This document shows, piece after piece, positions 11,301 to 24,340 of a stretch of DNA of 64,000 bases (positions are counted from its first letter, which is position 1; every line of letters starts with the position of its first letter). The notes beneath the pieces were generated by a model. It searched no databases and was not told the DNA's origin. It saw only the letters and a program-made list of their open reading frames with translations. Position numbers and translations under genes: made by a program. The DNA is from Pecten maximus (Eukaryota), in NCBI RefSeq assembly GCF_902652985.1, contig NC_047020.1, positions 40,176,001 to 40,240,000 on the forward strand. The letters are read 5' to 3'.

Positions 11301-14300
11301 TCAAATATATGTACATGCGATTTCATTTACCTGATATGAAATCTCTTGTGTATTGGAATGCAGTTAATGTAATAAATTACCACAAAAATCAAAATCAAGT
11401 GTAAAAGTGAATTTACTGAGAATAACTGTAGAAATTGTAGAGTTTGACTTTGTTTGTACCTTGTAGGTAGCCGAGACAGAGCAGATGGCATATGTTGGCC
11501 AGAACTTTGGAGTGTCGGCTGACAGATCACAGAATTTCTGCAAGTAAGAATTTTTGTTCTGAAAGATAACTCATAAATATAAAAAAAAACAGGGATCTGA
11601 ATATGTGAAAACATTTCTAGTTGTGTAAGTTGCACAAAAATAATGGCACATATTTCAAATGTTTTATGATAGTATGCATATTATGCAATTAGTATATAGT
11701 GGAACTGGACCGGGCTGAGCACTGGTGGTGAGGTAGCTCAAATGGTTAAGAGTGTCCAAATAGAGTTTGGAGGTCTGGAGTTCGAGTCCTGGTCTGGTTG
11801 TTGCATTTTTCATCTCCTGTTACTTTGGTGCCCAACTAAATACCCGCGGAAGGTGGTATATGGTCTTGTGTGTGTCTTTGGGGTCAAAGACTTTTTTGAA
11901 GGAGGTAGGAATGTAGCAGAACTGGACCTGGCAGAGCGCTGGTGCCCAGATAGCTCAAATAGTTAGAGCATCCGTCTAGAGTTTGAAGGTCCCAGGTTCG
12001 AGTCCCAGTCTGGGTGTTGCATTTCACATCTTCTTTTACATTTATATAAGATTCTTGTCGGCATGCAATGTAATTAACATAAGGAAGACACCATCTTGTC
12101 CAATCAAACTTCGCGAGCGAGGTACGTATTAAATATTGTATCTTTCTGAAATGTCTGATAATATTTTTCATATTACAGGTACTATGTGGGCGTGAGAAAC
12201 AAAGACACTGGAAAAATGACAATATGTGATGCTGAGATCTTCAACATGTTACCAAAAATTCCAGGTAAATACGTTCATTATTATGGACTAGTACAACAGT
12301 TTAAATTTGGTAGATATGAATAAATTAAGAATTACACAAATTTTTTACTTACTAGTACATTTGTACTCCGATCTTAATTTCTAAATATTTGGTAAAATTA
12401 TGAAAGTTTGAACCATTGGAGAAAAAAAATGCATATTTTCGAAGGAAACTGTATTTTTACAAATCATTATCTAAATTAGAATACAAATGAAAAACAAAGC
12501 CATGGGCTCATGGTGACATATTGGTATGGCCTTTTGTCTGTTTTTGTGTGTTTTCTGTCATTTGTCATCCATCATGCATTAACTTATTCTTTGATCTCGA
12601 TAACTTCAGTAGATATAAACAGATTCTGATGAAACTTGGTTGCATCCTCATATCAATAGGATATTGGATGATTTTGACAATCAGTCTGATTCATTCGTAA
12701 CTTACAGAGTTATTACCCTTTGTAGCTTTATGACAATTTGACGTTGTGAACATGAAAACTTGAGTAAATATGAACAGATTTTCTTGAAACTTGGTATGCA
12801 ACCTAATATTAATAAGATTTCTGTCGAGTTGGGGACTGATTTAATCATGACTTACTGAGTTATGTCCCTTTGCAGTTTTATTACCATTGGCCCTTTTGAA
12901 CATGCTTATAAGGGTCAGATATGTTAAATCTGAGTTTAAAAGCCAAACTCATTTATCAATACATGTATGCATATACCTATAAGACCCATGGGCCTCTGCT
13001 TATTTGAAAACATGAATGAAAGATATAATGTACTTTTATTTGGGAAAATGAAAGCAGTTTCTTTTCGTATTTGGTGAACATTTTAAAACTTGTTCTTAAA
13101 AATTATTTAACCTCCACAGGTGATGACCCAGAGGAAAGTCAGAAAGAAGACCTATCCCGTAGTTTTCTGGAAAAGGTTTGTCTAACACTTCAGCTATCTA
13201 GACATCTGTGTGTTATGGAACTACTGTAAACTTACTTTATTTAGCCCATTGAGATTTTAACACATATCTGTATTTAGCGATATCAAATTTTAACACATTT
13301 TTTATATATAGAAACAGTGTATTGAAAGTGCAATTAGCGCAATCATAATTTAGTGTAATGCTTCTATAGCTATAGTGAGAAAGCGCTAAAATAATATAAC
13401 TGCTAAAATATGTACCTAATCACCTCAGGTAAAGTATCTAGAGACCTGTGTATAGACGAAATGTATAGTATAGAAATAAAGATGTTTCTTTAAACATTTT
13501 GGTACTTATGTCAAGTTTGATAAAACCAGTACACTCCTGAGCAAAATCAAGTGGCAGTCAGTTTGAAACATTATATCAAGGGGCCGCAATAGCTCTGTCA
13601 GTTAGAATGCTAGCTACATAACCTCAGGTGAAGATCCGAGATGCGTGGTTTGACACTCCCTACCTGTGTCGGTTTGTGTTTCTCAAGAAACTGAGAAATG
13701 GGCTGGTCTGTTATGGTTATTTCCTGGGGCAAGACACTTTACCCTAATTGCTCTATATGACATGCACCGGGCCTCCTGTATGTTGGTCAGTGAGGTAGTC
13801 ACCAGCTACTACATGGAGATTCTGCCTCAAAACGATATTGGCTGTTTATGGGGCGATGAACCCACCAAACAAACAAGAAACATTTAAAAATGAACTGAGG
13901 AAGAATTTTTCTGAAAGTTTAGTTTCTCCCCATTATGAAAATGGACAGAGTAGGTAGATCAGGCCAGTAATAGCTATGATATTAATTCAGCACTGAGATT
14001 AATGGGCTTCATTGATATATATGGATACACTGTATCAGTGTTGCTTGTGGTCATTCCTCATTTTGTACCGCAGAACGACTTCCTGACGGAGGCATTTGGC
14101 AGTAAGAAGAAGCAGAAAGCCATGGAGAATCGTTTGAGGAACAAATCTGCTGCTAAATCTATGGAGACTATTATGGACTCTGCTGCAAAACAAGCCCTTT
14201 CACAACAAACACACACACCGAGGCCGCAGGGTATGTATGTAATTAAAATAAGCAATGAAATTGGCCCTATCAGAGTTCTCCTATGAACAAAGGCCAACAT

Positions 14301-17300
14301 GTATGTATAATAATAATAAATTAGTATCATACCAATTAAGATCTAATATTTATCACATAATCAGCAAGTTATCAAGTGAATTTGTCCCTGTAATATTTTT
14401 GCATATGTCACTTGTGTAATATACCCTGACATCAATTGTTCTATAGATCAGCTGTCTACGTTAAATTATGTTTGCCACATTTGACTTTAAAACCTGTCAA
14501 AATGAACGTTTTCTGAGTTATGTGATGAAAAAGTGTCCTAAATTTGTTTTTCGTTTTATGTGAGATTGTATGAATCTTACTTCATTGTTTTAATTTTTGT
14601 TTGCCAATTTGAAAGTTTGCAAAACTAAAAACTTCTGAGACTCGTTTCATAGAATCTCATATTAAGTGAAAATGCATTAAAGATCCAATATTTATCTGCC
14701 AATAAGCCCATGCTTGTAACAAACCAACTTGATAAAACATAATTTGCAGTTCGGTGGAAATGATAACAAATTTTTATGTCCTTGCCCTGCTCCCAGCTCA
14801 CCTCTGTGTTTGCTGCAAGAGTTTTTTGTTCGGCCTCTGAGCTTATTGCAAGATAATTACGGCTGGTATACTTGACATGTGAGGAGATTTGTATCATTTG
14901 CAATGCCATGTTTTCATAGAAACACAAGCTACGAAATATGTACCGATATCTGTAAATAAGAATCAGTGATAAGTCGCATGCTTTCTCAGATTTTGCTAGG
15001 AGCCCTAATGATGCATTATATTTGCGACTTCTTGCCATGTCACATCAGCTTTGCGATCCACAATGTACCAGTAAAAAACTGGCAGATCAACATTCCATAA
15101 AAAAAGTTCTGAGAATGTTTTCATTGCTAACTGTGCCACTGCCACCACTCAAAGGAGATTGAATTCTGTTTTAGCTGAAGATCAGGTCGATGGCATCCCT
15201 CCATGTAACAAGGAAGCTACATCACCAAGGGAAGTCTACAGGCTCCATGACAGTGAGTGTCCACATTGTTATTACTACCAGTATTAATACAACAATGTCC
15301 GGGTACCAGATTTACGGTGATAACATTACTACCAGTATTAATACAACAATGTCCGGGTACCAGATTTAGGGACGATAACATTAGTAGCAGTATTAATACA
15401 ACAATGCCGGGTACCAGATTTGCGGCCGATTAACATTACTACCAGTATTAATACAACAATGCCGGGTACCAGATTTGCGTCGATAACATTATTACCAGTA
15501 TTAATACAACAATGCTGGGTACCAGATTTACGGCCGATAACATTACTAGCAGTATTAATACAACAATGCCGGGTACCAGATTTGCGGCCGATAACATTAC
15601 TACCAGTATTAATACAACAATGACGGGTAGCGCATTTGCGGCTGTTAACACTCATTTAGCTTATTTTATCTACCACAACTACAGTAGGTTATATTCAGAA
15701 AGTTCATATCAACTTTAGTCACAATTTACCATATGTTACAGAAACTTTTTCTGATTTCATCACCTCAACCTTATATTGGTCATGTCATGACTCGCTGAAA
15801 TGTTGAAATATTCTAGCAACACTAAGTATTTCATTCCCTAACAGTTGATCAGTAATCTAGTAATCCAATGAATTTATTTTGGTTGCTCTTTCAAAGATGC
15901 GTTCACTTGATTTTGAATAGCTGTGACAAGATATATAATCACAGCACGTAGTTTGTCTTTTTATTTCGCTTTAAGCTATTGTTGTGTCGGTGACAATCTA
16001 GTTATGTCGCCAGATGTTGAAGTTTGCAGGGCCCAGTTAAATAAGATCTTGTATAGGGTCTTCTGTGAGTCTTTGCGGTCAAAGACTTTATTGAAAGAGG
16101 CAGGAATGTAGCGAATCTGGACTGGGCCGAGCGCGGATGGCCAGCAGGTAGCTCAAATGCTTAGAGCGTCAATCTGGAATTCGGAGGTCCCGGGTTCGAG
16201 TCCGTGTCTGGGAGTTTAATTTTTCCTCTCCTTTCACTGAATATTTATATCAACCATGAGCTATAAAGTTTATGAAGATGATTATATGGTGTATCAAGTC
16301 TTGACCTTGAAATTAATTTAATTTCATTAATGTTCATTAAATGACCTTGACCTTTGAAGAACAATGGTATCATACATTGTATTACTTTCCCTTTTTACAG
16401 TTATCAGTCCACGTGAAATGGAAGCATTAACTGCCCCTGCCCAGGTGTTCTTTGATTCTAACTACGAACAGGTCAAACAGTGGAGGGAACAGCATACGTA
16501 CGTAGACAACAGAGTTTGTTTATCTCATGTGGTTTTAAGCAATGAGTTTCGCAGAAGACAGGGATTTTCCTACAATAGAAACAGGGTCCGTTAAAAGGAC
16601 CCATTCCCTTAAAAAATTCTTGAGAAAATTCCAAATTTGCCACTAAAAAAGTCACTTTTGAATGATTAAGTAAGTTTTATCTACAAAGACTTATAATAAA
16701 GTACTTTTGAAAAATAAAAAAAAACAGCTATCGATACAGTGTAACAAAATGATATAAAGGCAATATTCATCAAAGAAAAACTGAAATTTTTACCAATTTC
16801 ACTATTTTTTTGTTTTTCCCAATGTCACATTTTGTCATGTAGATATTCCCAATTCAACATACCCTGGACCCAGTTGAAAAATTGTAGGAAAATCTCTGTA
16901 AGATACATCTTTTAAATCTTTTGTATTCCTTGTGATTTTGTTAGTCTGTGGATCCAAATCAACATTTAAAAGGTTTGGTTTGGTATGTTAATTATTTAAA
17001 ATATCCTTTACTGTTATACAAGTGGGCAGCAATAGCTCCGTCAGTAGAGTATCATACAATGTAATATCAGGTCAAAAAGGTCAAAGTGTTTGGTCCCTAG
17101 CTGTAAGATTTATGGTTCTCATAGAAGCTGATGTTATGTACGATCCTGTGCAGTTTTGATTGCATCCAGGAGCAAGATACTTTACCCTATTGGTCTAGAC
17201 ATCGTCGACAGGCCTCATGTATGTTATTCAGCGAAATCAAGTATCAAGGATGTTTCTTTGTCAACTGCGACATAACTTCATTAAATAAAAGATACTTTCA

Positions 17301-20300
17301 TTAGTACCATTAGTAACATTAGTTTCATTGCAGATATCCTGAGTACATTACAAGTCACCTTATGACCTTGCCGTTGTCAGAGGAAGAGCGTTGGAAGAAG
17401 TCGAAATGTCTACTGTATCTTCACTACCTATTCACACTTAACAACCTCACCACGAAGGTCCTCACACAGAGAGGTAGGTATAACACACAACATCCGGGTA
17501 ATCGCACAGAGAGGTGGGTATAACACTCAACACCCGGGTCATCACACAGAGAGGTGGGTATAACACTCAACACCCGGGTCATCACACAGAGAGGTGGGTA
17601 TAACACTCAACACCAGGGTCATCACACAGAGAGGTGGGTATAACACTCGACACTCGGGTCATCACACAGAGAGGTGGGTATAACACACAACACCCGGGTC
17701 ATCACACAGAGAGGTGGGTATAACACACAACACCCGGGTCATCACACAGAGAGGTGGGTATAACACACAACACCCGGGTCATCACACAGAGAGGTGGGTA
17801 TAACACACAACACCCGGGTCATCACACAGAGAGGTGGGTATAACACACAACGCCTGGGTCATCACACAGAGAGGTAGGTATAACACATAACATCCGGGTC
17901 ATCACACAGAGAGGTGGGTATAACACTCAACATCCAGGTCATCACACAGAGAGGTGGGTATAACACTCGACACCCGGGTCATCACACAGAGAGGTGGGTA
18001 TAACACTCGACACTCGGGTCATCACACAGAGAGGTGGGTATAACACTCAACACCCGGGTCATCACACAGAGAGGTGGGTATAACACACAACACCCGGGTC
18101 ATCACACAGAGAGGTGGGTATAACACACAACATCTGGGTCATCACACAGAGAGGTGGGTATAACACACAACACCCGGGTCATCACACAGAGAGGTGGGTA
18201 TAACACACAACGCCTGGGTCATCAGACAGAGAGGTAGGTATAACACACAACATCCGGGTCATCACACAGAGAGGTGGGTATAACACTCGACACCCGGGTC
18301 ATCACACAGAGAGGTGGGTATAACACTCAACACCCGGGTCATCACACAGAGAGGTGGGTATAAAACACAACGTACACATAAATGGATGGAAGAATTCAAA
18401 GTGACTATTATATACCCGATTTAGTTTTCAGGGTATTCATAAACAATAGGTTCTGTGTCTTTTCCCTTTTGTAAATTGTAAATCTTTGAATGTTTCTAGT
18501 ATAATGACTGATTAATAAGCATTGTGATGATGTTTGTGATGCAGTGCCATTACCTGTCGAGTGGCCGGGAGTTGTAATTGAACAGCTACTGAATAGATTC
18601 ACTCTGAAGGTGGACTCCGGTGGCAGATTAAAAAGGTAAGCTGCAGGTTCTGGTGACTACATCATTGTTATACTCCCGTTGGCTGCCAGTCATGTGATGG
18701 TATATCCTGGTCCATTTCGTCAGTTCACTTTCCATGTCTTCACTCTCCTGACATGTGCGACTTTTGTACTTTACGGAGAGAGATTGTACCCTGGTATATG
18801 TATGGCCTGTTACCCAGCTCCCATTAAATCAAATTGATATAACTATATTTTTTATGTTAATGTTGCTGATTTCAGATAATTAATGGGCATTTGTTCTTTC
18901 TTTATGCCCAATTTTGTTTTATTTTGTTTACCCCCTTCAAACCTCAGATTTCCTTGTTTGATACAAAAACTTCTTTAAAATTTCATCCAGATTCACCAAA
19001 ACACTTACTGTAATTATGTGTCTTTATACTTACTGTAATTATGTGTCTTTAGAAGATTAAGTGTAGCTTACTTTAAAGCTAGTCAGTCTGACATATGACG
19101 TTATTGTGATTCTGTTCTGTTTCAGGTGCAGGCCAGCTCGGTTGAAGGACAAAACAATATCTTATATTTTGGTGCTGTGTCTCATGATAGATGAATTTGA
19201 AGTGGAAGTCACAGAATTGATGAAGGATTTAAAACACTCATTAGTCAGGTAGATAATCTTTTATCTTGAAAGGAAGATAAAAAAAAAAAAAAAAATCTAA
19301 ATAGGAGTTTAAAACTCTCCTTGGAGAAGGGAGATAAAGATAACTCTTTTATCTAGGCAACATAATGAAGGATTGAATCTCTTTCTGGAAAGGGAGATGA
19401 CTTTTATCTAGAACTCTACTTGGGAATGAAAATAACTCTTTCATCTAGGTAACTCTGTCTTGAAAGGAAGATAACAAAATTAAAACTCTCATTGGAGAAG
19501 CGAGATAACTCTTTTTATCTAGGCAACACAATTAATTAAGGATTGAATCTCTTTCTGGAAAGGGTGATAACTTTAATCTAGAACTCTACTTGGGAATGAA
19601 AATAACTCCTTCATCTAGGTAACACAACTAATGCAGGATTAAGTCTCTTTCTGGGAAGGGAGATAATTTTTATCTCAAGCGTGCTAATGAATGAGGATTT
19701 AAAACTCTACCTTGGAAGGGAAATAAAACTTTCATTTGGGTAACACAACTGAAGAAAGTTTAAATCTATTTCTGGTAAGGGAGATAATTTTCTTTTAGGT
19801 AGCACAACTGATGAAGCATTTGTCAGCTTTCAATCTCTTTCTGAGAAGGGAGATAATTCTTTGATAGAGGTGATACAGGCAATGAAGGATTAAAACTCTC
19901 CTTGAAGAGAGATAACAGTTTAAGAAACATCCTTTAATATTTTGTAATTCCAAGCATTCCATCGTATAAATCATCAACACATCTAGTCTGGTCCTGTAAT
20001 TACTATATTTTTATATATTAAAGTCCTTAGTTCAGACATCAGAAATATGCACAATTTCTATAGTTCAGACATCAGAAATATGCACAATTTCTATTGATGA
20101 AATCTATGTCCAAACGATGATTAAATGAGTGTTTGTGCCTACAAATAATGAAATTAACACCGAAATGTTCAGGAAAAAGGCGTATCATATTCAAATACCG
20201 TATGTCTTTGCGGTAATTAGTGATACTTCGGGTCGATTATAACTTTTACTACTTTAACTACTTTTACTAGTTTAATTTTGACTACCTAAACGTTATTCAA

Positions 20301-20745
20301 ACAAAGGAATGCCCCTTTAAAGTAGTTTACATCAGTTTTTAACAGGTTGATAATTGTAAACATACTCGTATAATTCATAGATCAATAAACCCATGTCTGA
20401 TGATAAGCCCACCCTTGTCTATTGCTAATGTTGACCACGACCACCTCGCCCCACCGGTCTTATTAAAGGATAGATATATCTCTATATACATATAAGTAGT
20501 CCTTGTTTCTACAATACATTGATCCTCTGCAGGATCGAATCAATATTGCATCAAAGTTTTCCTGTTTAATATAATCGTGTTTTTCTCACAGAGTACAGAA
20601 CCATTTCCGTGCCCTAGGCTGCACTCTGACATCCAAGAAGGCTATAACTGAAGGGGAGCGGTCGTTTTCTGTTACATCTGCCTCGCTGAACCTGCCTCTC
20701 ACCTTCCCGGACCCATCAGCCAGAGCAAAGAAGAAAGGAAGATGA
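8355..20745 (+). CDS. POLR1E: RNA polymerase I subunit RPA49/PAF53, 12 exons, 406 aa
   Basis: Exons 8355-8406, 10035-10144, 11467-11543, 12179-12264, 13120-13175, 14074-14230, 15175-15252, 16401-16497, 17334-17473, 18545-18635, 19126-19248, 20592-20745. All introns are GT-AG and phases join into one 1221-nt frame. Motifs NFSNGQ, AETEQMAYVGQNFG, YYVGVRNKDTGKMTICDAEIFNM, EAFGSKKKQKA, PPCNKEATSPREVY and KDKTISYILVLCLMIDEF match RPA49. AATAAA at 20762. Confidence 0.93.
8525..9195. repeat. Degenerate dispersed/tandem repeats in POLR1E intron 1
   Basis: Recurrent GGTTTCTGATCCAGTGAACTGTGTC. Confidence 0.6.
10245..10796. mobile_element. Degenerate TIR element in POLR1E intron 2
   Basis: TATTTGACCTAATAA near 10248 and TTATTAGGTCAAATA near 10778. 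Confidence 0.55.
11695..12040 (+). mobile_element. Miniature LTR retrotransposon (TRIM) with tRNA-like LTRs (Helenus-like)
   Basis: Direct repeats of about 130 bp at 11695-11824 and 11912-12040 (the second runs TGTA...TACA), each with Pol III A box (TAGCTCAAATGG) and B box (GTTCGAGTCC). PBS-like TGGTGCCCAAC at 11826-11836 and purine tract GAAGGAGGTAGGAA directly before LTR2. Confidence 0.8.
13579..13885 (+). mobile_element. Degenerate tRNA-derived SINE with CORE-like domain (related copies at about 17024-17285 + and 58185-58494 -)
   Basis: GGGGCCGCAATAGCTC head, TTCCTGGGGCAAGACACTTTACCC core and AAAC tail. Confidence 0.6.
15262..15645. repeat. Minisatellite, about 7 x 54 bp, POLR1E intron 7
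   Basis: Unit TAACATTACTACCAGTATTAATACAACAATGCCGGGTACCAGATTTGCGGCCGA. Confidence 0.9.
16027..16237 (+). mobile_element. Second, 5'-truncated copy of the tRNA-LTR TRIM
   Basis: Shares the internal sequence (gtctttgcggtcaaagacttt), PPT (GAAAGAGGCAGGAA) and an LTR starting TGTAGC at 16107 with A/B boxes. Confidence 0.75.
17457..18372. repeat. Minisatellite, 23 x 40 bp, overlapping the POLR1E exon 9 donor
   Basis: Unit ATCACACAGAGAGGTGGGTATAACACACAACACCCGGGTC with exact 40-bp period. Confidence 0.97.
19255..19915. repeat. Degenerate tandem repeats, POLR1E intron 11
   Basis: Recurrent GAAGGGAGATAACTCTTTTATCTAGG and AAAACTCT motifs. Confidence 0.7.
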
Positions 20746-21763
20746 GGAAAAAATTAGAACTAATAAATGCGTGTTAAATGTTGCTTCCATTTTGACTCAT
20801 GAATATTGTAATAAATATATGTATTAATTCTATTGTGATGTCATACATTACCAGAGAGTATTTATGATGTCTATTGTGATGTCATACATTACCGGAGAGT
20901 ATTTATGACACCACACAATTGTTTCTGTAGAGAAAAACATACCCTCCAGGTCGAGAAATTCCTTCCTTTATACAAATTGATTTGAGATTTTCACTTACAT
21001 AACATTCCCATAAATAAGAGATTTGTGATCAACAAAATCATTACACTTGTGACTCTGTCATATGGAATTTACTAAACTCATTATATAAATTCTGTATGAC
21101 ATAGCCACTCATATGAAATCCTGTTGCTGATATCATAATTGGAAAACGTTTAGAGATCGGACATCATAAGTGAGTGAAATTACATCATGATATGGAATAT
21201 ACCAAGAAAACTTAGTCTTATACCCTCTGCTGGCCGTGATGCTAAACTCTTTAAAGCTGAAGTTATTGTAAATTGAAAAGTTTTAATCAACATCCTTCAA
21301 AACTTCCACATAACCAATTTTCAGATTATTCAAGCAATGGCTGAATTCAGACCAAATTGACATCCCTGCAATTGCTGCAATGGCAGCAGAAATTAATATG
21401 ATGAGTGCATTTTTGTACAAACAGTATCTTCAATTATTACAGATTTTATTTGCAGAATGGTTTTGACCAATTACACCTCTGATCTGAAATCTAATAAGAA
21501 AAAAACTACGTAAAAGTAAATCTCCAATTAAAAAAAAAAATCAAAGGCAGAAATTGGTTTATGAGCCTACAAGTTGTCAAAACATGGATTTGTATGTTTT
21601 TCAACAAAGGAGCATAATTATATCTGAAAAAAGTTTCAGAATGAAACATACATGTAATACCTATATGTACAATGTCAGGGGGTAGATCAAATATATGGAA
21701 AGTGTCATTAAAACTGGCTCATAAAATTTAGGAGGCGCCTGGAAAAGTTTCAGCGGATAGACA

Positions 21764-22276
21764 AAGCAGATTAAGTATACCCTCTTAAGATACTGAGGGG
21801 TACAAGCAGATTCAGTATACCCTCTTAGGATACTGAGGGGTACAAGCAGATTCAGTATACCCTCTTAAGATACTGAGGGGTACAGGCAGATTCAGTATAC
21901 CCTCTTAAGATACTGAGGGGTACAAGCAGATTAAGTTTACCCCTTACCCCTTAAGATACTGAGGGGTACAGGCAGATAAGATACTGAGGGGTACAAGCAG
22001 ATTAAGTTTACCCTCTTAAGATACTGAGGGGTACAGGCAGATTCAGTATACCCTCTTAAGATATTGAGGGGTACAAGCAGATTAAGTATACCCTCTTAAG
22101 ATACTGAGGGGTACAGGCAGATTAAGTTTACCCCTTAAGATACTGAGGGGTACAAGCAGATTAAGTATACCCTCTTAAGATACTGAGGGGTACAGGCAGA
22201 TTCAGTATACCCTCTTAAGATACTGAGGGGTACAAGCAGATTCAGTATACCCTCTAAAGACATTGAGGGGGTATAA
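21764..22276. repeat. Minisatellite, about 13 x 40 bp, hairpin-containing
   Basis: Unit AAGCAGATT(A/C)AGTATACCCTCTTAAGATACTGAGGGGTAC. Confidence 0.95.
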
Positions 22277-24133
22277 TTTAATGAGTTTAACGAAAGATGT
22301 GTAATCGGAACTGTCTTTCTAACCAAAAGTCATTAAACACACGGAGACCGGATGCAAAAAGAAGAAATATACCAGGTGTTCTGGTTCACAGACAAAAATT
22401 CAACCCTTGTAAATCTTGTTCGTGGTCAGGAGGTGACACCTATTGTTGTAATTGTGACATTTGAAACAGGCCCTGGGATATGTAACAGAATAAGCATATA
22501 ATGTAAATAGTGTAGGTCAGTGAAGTATTGGTGTTGGGATACCTCATTCAAATCATACGGAAGGCAAATGGTGATAAAATACTTTATATCCTGGAGTATT
22601 TGGAGAATATATGTGTAAAGAAATGTAAATAAAGTAAGAACTTGAGTATAGATTTATATGTTGACAAACAAGTTCTCTTCTATTACTTACTCGGGAAATG
22701 ATATTATCAGCCATTTAAGGGCAAGAGGAAACTCGGGCTATCAGCACTTCTATAGTGTCAATGTGATTACTCTTGCTCATCCAGGAAAAAAATTATACAA
22801 AAATTCAGGTTTCATAAAAAAAGTTATATTTTTTTTCTTAAACGAGCGTTATTTGTAAGGCGACCAATTACAGAAATCCCCCAAACTACCTTTGCAGTGG
22901 ATAGTGAAGCTTAAGAAACCACAATATCGTTCTTTAAGTCATGATGCCTTTAAACACCCATATTTCATCTAAATTTCCACCAGTCAGAATATAGCAAAAT
23001 CGCAGCTATTTTTCAAAATTATAACTCAAAGTTGTATTTGTTATACCATAAATCACCTACATATCAAATTTCATCAAAATCTGACAATCTACATTTTTGC
23101 CAATAAAAGGCTTCCACTTCATTACCATGGCAACTAATTTTTTTGAAACTCTTGCCATCTTGACCAGCATTCCTCAAAACCCTAGGTAAGAATTGTCGGC
23201 AAAATCATACATTTCATCTAAATTTTGATCAATCAGGCCTGATTTTCATTACCATGGCAACCAATATATTCGAAATTGTTGCTGTTGTTTTAGGCATCCT
23301 TCAAAACCATGTACCATTTCAGCAAAATCTTGAAATATTCGCACTGGAGTACGCCAATGCACTCCTAAGGTTGTCGACCTGTGTTAACGTTATGTAAAAT
23401 GTCCCATTGTTTTAAATAAATCATGTCTATTTACAATAAACATAAATTATAATATTCACCACTAAAACTGTCCTTCACTATTTCGTTTCTGTCCGATCCT
23501 GTAAATGGTCACCTGGTTCTCGGCGATACTAGCACCAACCTATCATTTAAAACATATTTTCTTTGTCGATCTCGCGAGTATACAAATCTCGAGTCACGGG
23601 TGCCGACTTTCGCATTTTAAATCATCAATACATATTTTCGTACTTGCAATAGCATAATTGTATCTGGAAGTTAGAGTGCATAGTTACAGTTGCCATTTTT
23701 AGTATATTTGCAATGTAACAGTTTTTCTCAGTTGAATCAACAGAATTGCATTGTTAGAATTTTGACCCCTTTGACCTTCCATATTTCTGTATTAGAGACA
23801 CTTCCGAATTAAACCTTAAGTAATTATGCCATGGACATATACCTAATATACAAGTCCGTGCTTATGCATAAATGGATGCTACTAGTTTTGTGTAAAGTGG
23901 TAAATAGCTATAATCATTGGAGCATGCCACGAATTCGTACGTGCCATCCTTAACCTAATTTGTTGTGTAGGTTCAGAAAATAACTTGTTACTCCAGTGTG
24001 TGGAAGGGGAAGCCAGAGGGCACAACAGCAGGTGAGTAAAGCCCCAAGACTAAAAGTTTGAATTTCGACATCGTAGATGAACTCAAAAGCACATAGGGTG
24101 TATCTAACAGTGTCTTCAGTAAAACCAAATATA

Positions 24134-24340
24134 CTGTAAACGTACTTATTTTAGCGCAATCAAATTTTAGCTCATTTGCAGATTTTAGCCAGTTAGCGCA
24201 ATGATGAATTAGCGCATCCACAGAACTTTCTATAGAAATAAAACGTACAAAAAGTAATTAGCGCAATCATAATTTAGCGCAAGGCTTCCAGCGCGCAAAG
24301 CGCTAAAATAAAATTACCGCTAAAATATGTACGTTTACAG
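24134..24340. mobile_element. Tc1/mariner-type MITE (degenerate relative at about 13222-13415)
   Basis: TIRs CTGTAAACGTAC...GTACGTTTACAG, TA on both flanks, internal TTAGCGCAA repeats. Confidence 0.8.

Noticed and set aside
11720-12030. tRNA genes at about 11730, 11945 and 16145, and the SINE heads at 25366 and 56634
   Set aside because: A/B boxes are present, but I could not build a clean cloverleaf and all lie within repeat elements.
15338-15718. Overlapping repetitive ORFs on both strands
   Set aside because: By-product of a 54-bp intronic minisatellite whose period is a multiple of 3.
17457-18372. CRISPR-like appearance of the regular arrays (also 21764-22276, 27057-27770, 47480-49500)
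   Set aside because: The units are contiguous with no unique spacers, there are no cas genes, and the context is eukaryotic.
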